From: Thalassobaculaceae bacterium
Lineage (GTDB): Bacteria > Pseudomonadota > Alphaproteobacteria > Thalassobaculales > Thalassobaculaceae
Assembly (NCBI GenBank): GCA_965228875.1
Contig: OZ245843.1
Coordinates: 3,020,616 to 3,084,615, forward strand
DNA length: 64,000 bases
Direction: 5' to 3'
Shown here: positions 29,289 through 37,569 of the stretch, one piece after another
Layout: the number at the start of each line of letters is the position of its first letter
Position numbering within the stretch: position 1 is the stretch's first letter
Position numbers and translations under genes: made by a program
The notes under the pieces: model-generated
What the model saw: the letters and a program-made list of their open reading frames with translations, nothing else
Database searches by the model: none
Told to the model about the DNA's origin: nothing

Positions 29289-30512
29289 GTGCCGATGACG
29301 CCCCTGCAACCGCTCAGTCTGTTCGACGATCTCACGCCGCACGGCTACTGCCTGCTCTGGGATCCGGTCCTGATCTGGAGCCATCTGCTGTCGGATCTCG
29401 CCATCGCCGGCGCGTACCTGTCCATACCGGCGGCCCTGATGATCGTGGGACAGCGCCGCCCCGACCTGAACCCTGCCGGAGTCTTCTACTTTTTCGCCGC
29501 CTTCATCGTCCTGTGCGCGGTCACCCATATCTTCGGCGCGCTTACGCTCTGGTTCCCGCTCTATTCCGCGGAAGGCGTGGCGAAAGTGGTCACGGCGGTC
29601 GTTTCCATCGGCACCAGCATCATTGTGTGGCGGCTGCTGGAGTCCATTCTCAACGCACCGACCCACGCGGCCCTGCGACAGGCCCACGACAAGTTGGCCA
29701 GCGCCAACATCGAACTCGAGGCACGGGTCGAGCGGCGCACGGCCGAACTGAAACTGGCGAACGATCAGCTGGCGGTCGCCGCCGCCAAGGCAAAGGACGC
29801 CGAGCAGGTGAAGACCCAGTTCCTGGCCCAGATGAGCCATGAATTGCGTACGCCGTTGAACTCGGTCATCGGCTTCACCGACCTGCTTTCCATGGAGGCG
29901 GCCGGGCCGATCAACGAAACCCAGAAGGAATACCTTAAGAACGTTCGCAGCGCGTCGACCCTCCTGCTGCAACAGGTGAACGACGTGCTGGATCTCGAGC
30001 GCCTGGTGCACCACGGCGTGGTCTTCTCCCCACAACCGATTTCCCTGCAGGCAACGATCATCGACATCTGCCAGTTGCTGTCGCCCATGGCCGACGACAT
30101 GGAGGTCGACATCTCCGCACAGTTCGGCAACGCCCCCAGTCTCTGTTCCGATGAACGCGCGCTCCAGAGCATCCTGACCAACCTTCTGTCGAACGCCATC
30201 AAGTACTCAAGGAAGGGCGGATCGGTTCTTGTCGACGTCCATGCGAAAGACCAAGCGGTGGAGGTCGTCGTGCGCGATCAGGGAATCGGCATCCCCGAGG
30301 ACAAACTGGATCAGATCTTCCAGCCGTTCTTCCGCGCTCACGAACATGACCTGCCGGCGGTCGCCGGAACGGGTTTGGGTCTGACACTGGTGAAGCAGCT
30401 TGTCGAAGCGCTCGGCGGAACGATCCGGTTGGACAGTGTCGAGGGACAGGGCACGACCGTGACAGTGACCCTGCCCGATCACCCGCCGGTGCCGGACAGC
30501 GCGCCGAACTGA
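29289..30512 (+). CDS. Membrane sensor histidine kinase with ETR1-like ethylene-binding domain
   Basis: Three N-terminal TM helices with SD..IA.AY.SIP, FIVLC.VTH, AKVVTAVVS; H-box MSHELRTPLNS; N, G1, G2 boxes. Confidence 0.9.
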   Translation: MPMTPLQPLSLFDDLTPHGYCLLWDPVLIWSHLLSDLAIAGAYLSIPAALMIVGQRRPDLNPAGVFYFFAAFIVLCAVTHIFGALTLWFPLYSAEGVAKVVTAVVSIGTSIIVWRLLESILNAPTHAALRQAHDKLASANIELEARVERRTAELKLANDQLAVAAAKAKDAEQVKTQFLAQMSHELRTPLNSVIGFTDLLSMEAAGPINETQKEYLKNVRSASTLLLQQVNDVLDLERLVHHGVVFSPQPISLQATIIDICQLLSPMADDMEVDISAQFGNAPSLCSDERALQSILTNLLSNAIKYSRKGGSVLVDVHAKDQAVEVVVRDQGIGIPEDKLDQIFQPFFRAHEHDLPAVAGTGLGLTLVKQLVEALGGTIRLDSVEGQGTTVTVTLPDHPPVPDSAPN

Positions 30513-30561
30513 TCGGCGATCGCGGTACCCGTGCCTGCCGAAGTGTGTTACGCGCCAGCTC

Positions 30562-30930
30562 ATGAGACTTCCGTTCCTGTCCCGCCCCCGAACACCCGCC
30601 GTCGAGCGTCGCCGGCAGCCGCGCCTGCGGGTACGCGGCGACAGTTTCGTGCGGATCGAGGGGCGCGACGTGCCCCTGGTCAACTGGTCCGAGGACGGGT
30701 TCCTGGCCGGCCCCTATGCCGGCGGGCTGATCGCCGGACAGCGCGCCGCCGCGAGACTCGTGGTGCGCGACTACCACGACCGGGTCGGTGGTCTGGACCT
30801 GGAACTCAACGTCGTGATCAAACGGATCGACGGCCGCGGCATCGCCGCGAAGTTCCACGCTCCGGAGCGCTACAAGCGCCGCGCACTGCAGGCCTACTAC
30901 ACCGCCAAGCGATCGGAGCCGCCGTCATGA
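30562..30930 (+). CDS. PilZ-domain protein
   Basis: ERRRQPR (RxxxR) and NWSEDG (D/NxSxxG). Confidence 0.75.
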   Translation: MRLPFLSRPRTPAVERRRQPRLRVRGDSFVRIEGRDVPLVNWSEDGFLAGPYAGGLIAGQRAAARLVVRDYHDRVGGLDLELNVVIKRIDGRGIAAKFHAPERYKRRALQAYYTAKRSEPPS

Positions 30931-31376
30931 GCGGGACCCAAGCCCGGATCTATGTCGATGCCGACGCCTGCCCGGTTCGCGAGGAGGTGCTGTCGGTCGC
31001 GGCGCGCCTGGGAGTCGAGGTGTTCCTGGTCAGCAACCGCGGCTTCCGCGTCACCGACCGGCCGGACGTGCACAACATCGTCGTTTCCCAGGACCTGGAC
31101 GCCGCCGACGACTGGATCGCCGAGCGTGTCTCGGCGGGCGACGTGGTCATCACCGGCGACATCCCGCTGGCCGCGCGCTGCCTCGAGACCGGTGCCCGGG
31201 TGATCGACCACAAGGGCAAGGCGTTCACCACCGCCAACATCGGGATGGCGTTGAGCATGCGCGAACTGATGAGCGATCTGCGGGCCATGGGCGAGGCGTC
31301 CGGCGGCGGCCCGGCCTTCACGAAGCAGGACCGATCCCGCTTCCGCGAAGCCCTGGATCGCGCTCTGCGCGCCTGA
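30927..31376 (+). CDS. YaiI/YqxD (UPF0178) family protein
   Basis: IYVDADACPVR, DAADDWIAE, VITGDIPLA. Confidence 0.92.
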   Translation: MSGTQARIYVDADACPVREEVLSVAARLGVEVFLVSNRGFRVTDRPDVHNIVVSQDLDAADDWIAERVSAGDVVITGDIPLAARCLETGARVIDHKGKAFTTANIGMALSMRELMSDLRAMGEASGGGPAFTKQDRSRFREALDRALRA

Positions 31377-31408
31377 GCCCTGGTCGGGTCCGCTTGGCCC
31401 TCCCCGAC

Positions 31409-31630
31409 TCACCCCATGTCGTCGGGGTCCGGTTCGTAGGTCAGCAGGTCGGCCGGCGCGCAGTCGAGCGCGGCGCAGATCCGCGCCAGGGTCTCGAACC
31501 GCACGCCCTTCACCTTGCCCGAGCGCAGCAGGGACAGGTTCTGCTCGCTCATGCCGATGCGCTCGGCCAGGTCGCGGCCACGCATCTTTCGCCGGGCGAG
31601 CATGACATCGAGGGTGACGACGATCGGCAC
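31409..31630 (-). CDS. Cro/C1-type HTH regulator (YozG-like)
   Basis: LDVMLARRKM...NLSLLRSGKVKGVRFETLARIC..LDC.PADLL. Confidence 0.92.
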   Translation of the reverse strand: MPIVVTLDVMLARRKMRGRDLAERIGMSEQNLSLLRSGKVKGVRFETLARICAALDCAPADLLTYEPDPDDMG

Positions 31631-31637
31631 GCCGGAG

Positions 31638-32189
31638 CTAGACGAACTGGCGGTGTTCTTCGGCGATGTCCGCCGCCTCGTGCAGCACGGTCGCGAGCAC
31701 GAGAAGCAGCACGCCGATGACGAGCAGACCGAGATCGTCGCTCGACAGCGCGATCTGCAGCTGACGGGTGCCCGGCAGGTTGTCCCGGGTCAGCCAGACC
31801 GACAGCGCCGACGCGCCGATCACCTTGGCGGGGACCAGCGCGATCACGGCGATGGCGACGCCGCGCAGCCGGCGGGCATTCGCCGCATCCAGCAGATCGC
31901 CGGCGGCGAAGCGGCCGAACAACCGACCGAGCGCGACGAAGCCCCACGCGGCGATGGATGTCGGCAGCAGGCTGATCGCGTAGCCGCCGACCCGGTCGGT
32001 CACCGACAGGGTGCCGAAATCGAGGCCCGGCACGACCGATGGCGCCAGCGCCTCGAAATGCGTCCACACCGCGACCAGTGCGATCGGTCCCAGCGCGGCG
32101 AGCGCGAAGCTGACCCAGCGCATGGTCCCGGCGGTACGCCGCAGCCGCCGGCGCCGCCGGTCGATCGATGCCCTGTCCGTCTGCCCCAT
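31638..32189 (-). CDS. DUF2975-family membrane protein
   Basis: Four TM segments, C-terminal VLHEAADIAEEHRQFV, followed by the YozG-like HTH. Confidence 0.8.
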   Translation of the reverse strand: MGQTDRASIDRRRRRLRRTAGTMRWVSFALAALGPIALVAVWTHFEALAPSVVPGLDFGTLSVTDRVGGYAISLLPTSIAAWGFVALGRLFGRFAAGDLLDAANARRLRGVAIAVIALVPAKVIGASALSVWLTRDNLPGTRQLQIALSSDDLGLLVIGVLLLVLATVLHEAADIAEEHRQFV

Positions 32190-32273
32190 GGCGGATCTCC
32201 AATTTTCCTCGACGAAATCCACCTAACGGATTAAAAATTTAATGTCTAATATTAATTTTTTGGAGATCACCTC

Positions 32274-32486
32274 ATGCGGATTCCAGCCGCGACGGCGATG
32301 ATGGCGGCCGTGTTGCTGACGGTCTCGGGATGTGGCGGCGAGCGGCCGCAGGACGTTCTGGTCCGCACGCTGGAGAACGTTGCCCGCGCGGCCTGCGACG
32401 ACGCCGCGTCCTGCACCAACCGGTGCGCCGACGGCGCGCCGACCGACCGAAGAGGCCGGGGCTGCGACGGTGTCCGTCGTCCCTGA
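32274..32486 (+). CDS. Small Cys-rich putative lipoprotein
   Basis: GGAG RBS; lipobox VSGC; four further Cys. Confidence 0.6.
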   Translation: MRIPAATAMMAAVLLTVSGCGGERPQDVLVRTLENVARAACDDAASCTNRCADGAPTDRRGRGCDGVRRP

Positions 32487-32532
32487 AAGCAAATGGTCAG
32501 AGGGGAACACCTGGTCGTGTGAGCTTGCTCTG
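32484..32532 (-). repeat. Palindromic element, degenerate half copy C
   Basis: AGCAAAT..GTCAGAGGGGAACACCTGGTCGTGTGAGCTTGCTCT aligns to the reverse of the right arm. Confidence 0.7.
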
Positions 32533-32551
32533 ACCGTAATGGCTCGGGACG

Positions 32552-33031
32552 TTAGCCCAGGGTCAGCGTGACCTCATGCGGCAGGTCGACGAACTCCTCG
32601 TCGCCGGCGCCGCCGTCCAGGAACATCACGGTCGCGAACACCGCCGGCCGGTCGAGCACGGTCATGGGGTGATGCCAGACGTCGGCTCCGTAGGTGATCC
32701 CCTGGTCGCCGTTCGCGAGGAACAGCACCAAACCGGCCGGATCCGGGCCACCGTCCGGGCCATGGGGCGCGACGAGGATCACGTATCGGGCCACATCGAC
32801 CGGCAGGAAGGCCTGGCTGGAGAACGCGTGGCGCTCCATCGTACGGGTCACCAGCGGCAGCGTGCTGGGCGGGGTGAGGCTGGTACGGAAGCAGACCTCC
32901 GCCGCCGCCCCGCGCAGATTGCGATTGAACGCGGAGTAGTCGACCCGCCCCGGCTCCGTCGGCAGGTCCAGCACGTGGCCGAACGGGGCGAAGGCCTCGG
33001 CGGTGAGCGGGCGCGGCGTCAGCAGGGTCAT
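32552..33031 (-). CDS. allA: Ureidoglycolate lyase family
   Basis: PLTAEAFAPFG, MERH..SSQAFLP, QGITY..DVWHHP. Confidence 0.85.
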   Translation of the reverse strand: MTLLTPRPLTAEAFAPFGHVLDLPTEPGRVDYSAFNRNLRGAAAEVCFRTSLTPPSTLPLVTRTMERHAFSSQAFLPVDVARYVILVAPHGPDGGPDPAGLVLFLANGDQGITYGADVWHHPMTVLDRPAVFATVMFLDGGAGDEEFVDLPHEVTLTLG

Positions 33032-33078
33032 GTCGGTCCTCGGTCGGGTGGAGGTGAAGCGATCGCCCGATGGTGCCC

Positions 33079-33573
33079 TCAGAGAAGGCCCTTGGCGACC
33101 AGTTCCAGACGCCCTTCTTCCCACACCGGCTCCGCCTCCTCCGGCGTCATGCGGCCGAAGCAGTCCATGTAGAGCGCGGAAAGCCGGAGAAATCCTGGCT
33201 TGTAGCGGGCCGCCCAGGTGTCCAGCGACCATGCCTCGTCGGACGGCTCGACTCCGGTGTCGATACCGCAGAACATCGCGTCGACGGGGCCGTCGGCGGT
33301 GCGGGGCCGGCAGGGCAGGAGGCCGTAGTCGTAGTCCTCGAAGAACAGGATCCGGTCGTCCTCGACCGCGTCGCTGGTCTCGAACACGATCCCCACGACC
33401 GCGGCCGACGGGTCGGCGACCAGCATCGGAAAGCTATCCTTGCGCACCCGCACCCGACGGAAGCCGTCGAGCGTCGCCGCCCGGAAGTCGCACACCGCCA
33501 CCGCACGGCCCAGAACCAGCTCCAGGACATCGCGATCCATCAGCGTTCCGAAGAAGAAATACCGCGTCGGCAT
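33079..33573 (-). CDS. Gamma-glutamylcyclotransferase (AIG2-like) family
   Basis: YFFFGTLMD, FPML, FFEDYDY; start uncertain. Confidence 0.78.
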   Translation of the reverse strand: MPTRYFFFGTLMDRDVLELVLGRAVAVCDFRAATLDGFRRVRVRKDSFPMLVADPSAAVVGIVFETSDAVEDDRILFFEDYDYGLLPCRPRTADGPVDAMFCGIDTGVEPSDEAWSLDTWAARYKPGFLRLSALYMDCFGRMTPEEAEPVWEEGRLELVAKGLL

Positions 33574-33725
33574 CGCCCGTCCCGCTCCCGTCGCCCTGCC
33601 CGTCCGACCGTCCATTCCACGCCGACCTCGGCCGAACGGCCCCCCGATAGACGATCGCGGGGGCGGCGGCAATGATCTCGGTGCCTCTTGGCCGTACCGG
33701 TCGCCGGCAGCGCCGGCCCCAGCGA

Positions 33726-33816
33726 TTTCAATGGCAGGAGCGGTTTCAAGAGACAGGGGCGGTCTCAAGGGCAGGTGCAGTTTGAAAGGCGCGAGCCGTT
33801 TGAACGGCAAGAGCGG
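33726..33816. repeat. Five degenerate ~18-bp tandem repeats
   Basis: TTTCAATGGCAGGAGCGG / TTTCAAGAGACAGGGGCGG / TCTCAAGGGCAGGTGCAG / TTTGAAAGGCGCGAGCCG / TTTGAACGGCAAGAGCGG. Confidence 0.8.
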
Positions 33817-33834
33817 CCTTGATAGGGTGGCCCC

Positions 33835-34833
33835 ATGTCCGGATCGCAGTCAGCCAACCGGTCGGTGCCGCTTTTCTGGGGGCAGCGTCTGCCGAACTTC
33901 GCCGATGCCACCGTCGATGGCGGCCGTTTCGAGCTGTACCGCGACGTGACCCGGGGCCCCGTCGTCATTCTGGCCAATCCGTCCCCCTGGGCGATGGGCA
34001 CGGCGGTGGCGGCGGCCGGCGAGCTCGCCGACGGCGTCAACATCGTGGCCCTCGGTGACACCGGACCGACGGTCGAGGGCACGGATTCGGCGGTATGCCT
34101 GCGCGATCCCGAGGGCACACTGCGCCGGGCGCTGTTCGCCGGACGCGACGACCTTCAGGCGGCGATCGTCGCCGATCCGGATCAGCGGGGCGTCGACGCC
34201 TTCGCGATCGGCGACGATCTCGCCGACCGGCTGAGGGCCGCGCTCGCTCCTCTGCGCCGTCCACCGGCCGAGGAGCGGCGGACGGGCGTCCCCGTAATGG
34301 TTCTTCCGAACATCATCGACCCGGCCCTACGCACCCGCCTGATCGAGGCGTTCCATACCCGGAACGAGGAGGGCACGGTCAGCGTCACCCGCGAGGGCCG
34401 GCGGGCCGACTCCGTCGTGCCCACCATCAAGCGACGCCGCGACCTTACGCTGGAGCGCGGCGACCCGCTCTACACCGCGGTCCGCACGGCCGTCGCCGAG
34501 CGGCTGATGCCCGAGCTCTTCAAGGCATGGTGGGTCACGCATCTGCGCACCGAAGCGTTCTACGTCGCCAGCTACACCGCCGACCGTGGCGACTTCTTCG
34601 TCGCCCATCGCGACAACACCCTGCCCCACACCGCTGACCGCCGGGTCGCGGTCAGCATCGAGCTGAACGGCGACTACCGGGGTGGCGGGCTGGTGTTCCC
34701 GGAGTACAGCGACGACCGCTGGCGCGCGCCGGTCGGCGGTGGTGTCGCCTTCTCCTGCTCGCTGATGCACGAGGCCGTCGCCGTGGAGGAGGGGACGCGC
34801 TACGTGCTGCTCGCGTTCCTCGCCGCCGCCTGA
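33835..34833 (+). CDS. 2OG-Fe(II) oxygenase with N-terminal redoxin-like domain
   Basis: GQRLPNF..., KRRRD, HRDNT, YRGGGLVFPE, FSCSLMHEA..V..GTRY. Confidence 0.85.
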   Translation: MSGSQSANRSVPLFWGQRLPNFADATVDGGRFELYRDVTRGPVVILANPSPWAMGTAVAAAGELADGVNIVALGDTGPTVEGTDSAVCLRDPEGTLRRALFAGRDDLQAAIVADPDQRGVDAFAIGDDLADRLRAALAPLRRPPAEERRTGVPVMVLPNIIDPALRTRLIEAFHTRNEEGTVSVTREGRRADSVVPTIKRRRDLTLERGDPLYTAVRTAVAERLMPELFKAWWVTHLRTEAFYVASYTADRGDFFVAHRDNTLPHTADRRVAVSIELNGDYRGGGLVFPEYSDDRWRAPVGGGVAFSCSLMHEAVAVEEGTRYVLLAFLAAA

Positions 34834-34893
34834 TCGGGCAGCCTCATCGGGTAACGTGATCGGTAGGCCTGTTCGGTAGGCGTGATCGGTAGG
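34829..34893. repeat. Five 13-bp tandem repeats
   Basis: CCTGATCGGGCAG / CCTCATCGGGTAA / CGTGATCGGTAGG / CCTGTTCGGTAGG / CGTGATCGGTAGG. Confidence 0.85.
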
Positions 34894-35008
34894 CTTGGCC
34901 AATCGCCGTGATAGCCGACGCAAGGCTTGCCGCACGGCCGCACCGCGCCATTTGGCATGGACGGCAACCGGCCGAGCCGGTCGAGACAACCATCGGAACA
35001 CCAGGACC

Positions 35009-36073
35009 ATGACCCTGCGCACGACCACATCCGTCCCCGGCGTTCCCGACCACCCGGTCGTCAAGCTCGGCCGCGTCGGCGTACTGCTCGTCAATCTCGG
35101 AACACCGGACTCGACCTCGATTCCCGATATCCGTCGATATCTCGCCCAGTTCCTGTCCGATCGCCGGGTCATCGAGGTCAATCCGATCCTCTGGAAGATC
35201 ATCCTGCACGGCGTGATCCTGCGCACCCGGCCGCCGAAGACGGCGGAGGCGTATCGGGCGATCTGGATGACGGAAACCGACGAGTCGCCGCTTCGCCACT
35301 ACACGAGGGCGGCGGCGGTTCGGTTGGACGAGCGGCTCGACCCGTCCGGCGCCGAGGTCGTGGTCGACTGGGCGATGCGCTACGGCACGCCGTCGATCGG
35401 CGAGCGGCTGCGCGCGTTGCAGGCGGAGGGGTGCGACCGCATCCTGATTGCGCCACTGTATCCGCAGTACGCCGCCTCGACCACGGGGACGGTGATCGAC
35501 GAGGTGGCGCGCGAACTCCTGGCGCAGCGCTGGCAGCCGGCGGTCCGGACACTGCCCGCCTTTCACGACGATCCGGCCTATATCGAGGCGGTCGCGACCG
35601 GCATCGAGAAGCACCTCGACGCGCTGGACTGGGAACCGGAGGTGATCCTCGCCTCGTTCCACGGCCTGCCGAAGCGCTACCTCACCGCCGGCGACCCCTA
35701 CCATTGCCATTGCGCCAAGACGGCCCGACTGCTGCGCGAACGCCTCGGCATGACGGAGGACCGGTTCCGGCTCACCTTCCAGTCGCGGTTTGGCCGCGAG
35801 GAATGGCTGAAGCCGTACACCGACGAGACGATCGAGGCGCTCGCCGGGAGCGGCATCAAGCGGCTGGCTGTGGTGACGCCTGGCTTCGTCGCCGATTGCG
35901 TCGAGACACTGGAGGAGATCGCCATGCAGGGCCGCGAGACCTTCGAGGAGGCCGGCGGCACCCATTTCTCGACGATCCCCTGCCTGAACGAGTCCGACGA
36001 GGCGATCGCCATGCTCGAGGCACTGACGACCCGCGAGCTCGCCGGCTGGTGGGCACCGGGCGCTGGACGTTAG
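35009..36073 (+). CDS. hemH: Ferrochelatase
   Basis: GVLLVNLGTP, MRYGTP, PLYPQYA, SFHGLP, FQSRFGREEWLKPYT, GFVADCVETLEEI. Confidence 0.97.
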   Translation: MTLRTTTSVPGVPDHPVVKLGRVGVLLVNLGTPDSTSIPDIRRYLAQFLSDRRVIEVNPILWKIILHGVILRTRPPKTAEAYRAIWMTETDESPLRHYTRAAAVRLDERLDPSGAEVVVDWAMRYGTPSIGERLRALQAEGCDRILIAPLYPQYAASTTGTVIDEVARELLAQRWQPAVRTLPAFHDDPAYIEAVATGIEKHLDALDWEPEVILASFHGLPKRYLTAGDPYHCHCAKTARLLRERLGMTEDRFRLTFQSRFGREEWLKPYTDETIEALAGSGIKRLAVVTPGFVADCVETLEEIAMQGRETFEEAGGTHFSTIPCLNESDEAIAMLEALTTRELAGWWAPGAGR

Positions 36074-36184
36074 GGCAAGCCACGATCGGATGGAGACACC
36101 CGGTCGTGTGATGTTTCTCTATTTTCAATACATTAAATCTTGATCGGGTTCGGGCCGGTCCTGATTGAACAGTGCCCGCCCTAA
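36070..36184 (-). repeat. Palindromic element, degenerate full copy D filling the hemH/RTX gap
   Basis: TTAGGGC...GCCCTAA ends; CACGATCGGATGGAGACACCCGGTCGTGTGA core; CTCTATTTTCAAT spacer. Confidence 0.75.
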
Positions 36185-36912
36185 ACGAACGCCACCGCGA
36201 CCGAGTCCGGGTCGTCGACGCCGATCAGGGTGATCCGCGTTCCGCTGTCGAGACGGATGCGGACGTCGTCGCCCAGATCGATCCGCGATCCGACCGCCGT
36301 GCCGGCGGCGACCAGGATCTGATCGTGGGCGATGTCGAAGTCGGCAATGGTGTCCCGGTCCTCGTCCGCCGCCGCGTAGATGAAGAGGTCCGAGCCGAGC
36401 CCGCCGAACAGGACGTCGTCGCCGGCACCGCCCGACAGACGGTCGTCGTCCCGGCCGCCATACAGCGTGTCGTCGCCCGCCGACCCCCAGACCAGATCGT
36501 CGCCCTGGTTGCCGTAGACCACGTCATCGCCGCCCCCGCCGTCCAGGGTGTCGCGTCCGGTGGCGTAGATCACCTCACCGTCAATGATGGTGATGCCGAC
36601 ATCGCCATTGCGCCCACCGACGAGGATGTCGTCGTCAGGGCCGCCGAAAAGCGCGTCGTCGTCCCGGCCGCCATACAGCGTGTCCGCGCCGGCGCCGCCG
36701 GACAGGCTGTCGCGTCCGGTATTGCCGTAGGCGACGTCGTCGCCGGCGAGCAGCGCGAGAATGTCCCTGCCATCGAACCCGTACACGAGATCGTCGGCCG
36801 AACTGCCGGTCAGGGTGTCGTCTCCCACGCTGCCCGTCAGATCGTCGGTGCCGACGGTCACCGTGATCGACGTCGACGACAGGTCGCTCAGGGTCTGGAA
36901 GATGTCAGCCAT
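36181..36912 (-). CDS. Small RTX-type calcium-binding protein
   Basis: Many GGxGxD nonapeptides; C-terminal DTIADFD...DQI pattern typical of type I secretion substrates. Confidence 0.88.
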   Translation of the reverse strand: MADIFQTLSDLSSTSITVTVGTDDLTGSVGDDTLTGSSADDLVYGFDGRDILALLAGDDVAYGNTGRDSLSGGAGADTLYGGRDDDALFGGPDDDILVGGRNGDVGITIIDGEVIYATGRDTLDGGGGDDVVYGNQGDDLVWGSAGDDTLYGGRDDDRLSGGAGDDVLFGGLGSDLFIYAAADEDRDTIADFDIAHDQILVAAGTAVGSRIDLGDDVRIRLDSGTRITLIGVDDPDSVAVAFV

Positions 36913-36993
36913 GGGACCTCCCGGTGGATGGTATCCCTAGGTCGAACGCAAGAAACCCACCGATCCGTCGCAGCGGTCCGCGGCCGCGCGGTA

Positions 36994-37569
36994 TCAGGCG
37001 GCCCGCGATATGGGGGCGACGACCCGGTTGCAACCGGCGAGGCGGGCTTCGGCCAACCGCTCGCCGGCGCGGGCGAGGCAGTCCTCCAGGTCGGGAATGC
37101 GGGTGCGTCCGGTCCGCCGGATGACATCGATGCCGATGCTGACCGTCACCGGGATCTCCCGTCCGTCCTCGGAGAAGAATCCGCTCGACTGGATGATCTT
37201 GCGCAGCCGTTCCCCGACGGCACGGACCGCCGCGAGCTCGATGTCGCAGTGCAGGACGGCGAAGGTCGTGGTGTCGACACGGCCGACGACGTCACTGCCC
37301 CGGACCACCCGCAGGAGCTGCTGGGCGACACCGCGGATCACCATGTCGCCGCAGTCCGGGCCACATCCGGCGAGGATCGCGTCGAAATGGTCGATCTCGA
37401 TCACCGTCAGCGCCGACGCGCTGTTCAGGTGCATGCCGAGCCGGCTGCGTGCACGGTGCGCGAACCCGCCCCGCCCGATCAGGCCGGAAAGCGGATCCTC
37501 GTCCTCGATGCGCTCGGCCCTGTCGGCGGCGGTGGCGCGATACGCCCGATTGCTTGCTCCAGTTCTCAT
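36994..37569 (-). CDS. Stand-alone degenerate GGDEF-domain protein
   Basis: DPLSGL.GR, IEIDHF, CGDMVIR, RGSDVVGRVDTTTF, VTVSIG, G.NRV. Confidence 0.8.
   Translation of the reverse strand: MRTGASNRAYRATAADRAERIEDEDPLSGLIGRGGFAHRARSRLGMHLNSASALTVIEIDHFDAILAGCGPDCGDMVIRGVAQQLLRVVRGSDVVGRVDTTTFAVLHCDIELAAVRAVGERLRKIIQSSGFFSEDGREIPVTVSIGIDVIRRTGRTRIPDLEDCLARAGERLAEARLAGCNRVVAPISRAA

Noticed and set aside
33835..34833. Ethylene-forming enzyme near the receptor-like kinase
   Set aside because: Architecture is redoxin-like plus prolyl-hydroxylase-type 2OG domain, not the IPNS/EFE type.
33726..34893. CRISPR array
   Set aside because: The repeats are short, head-to-tail, without unique spacers, and no cas genes are present.
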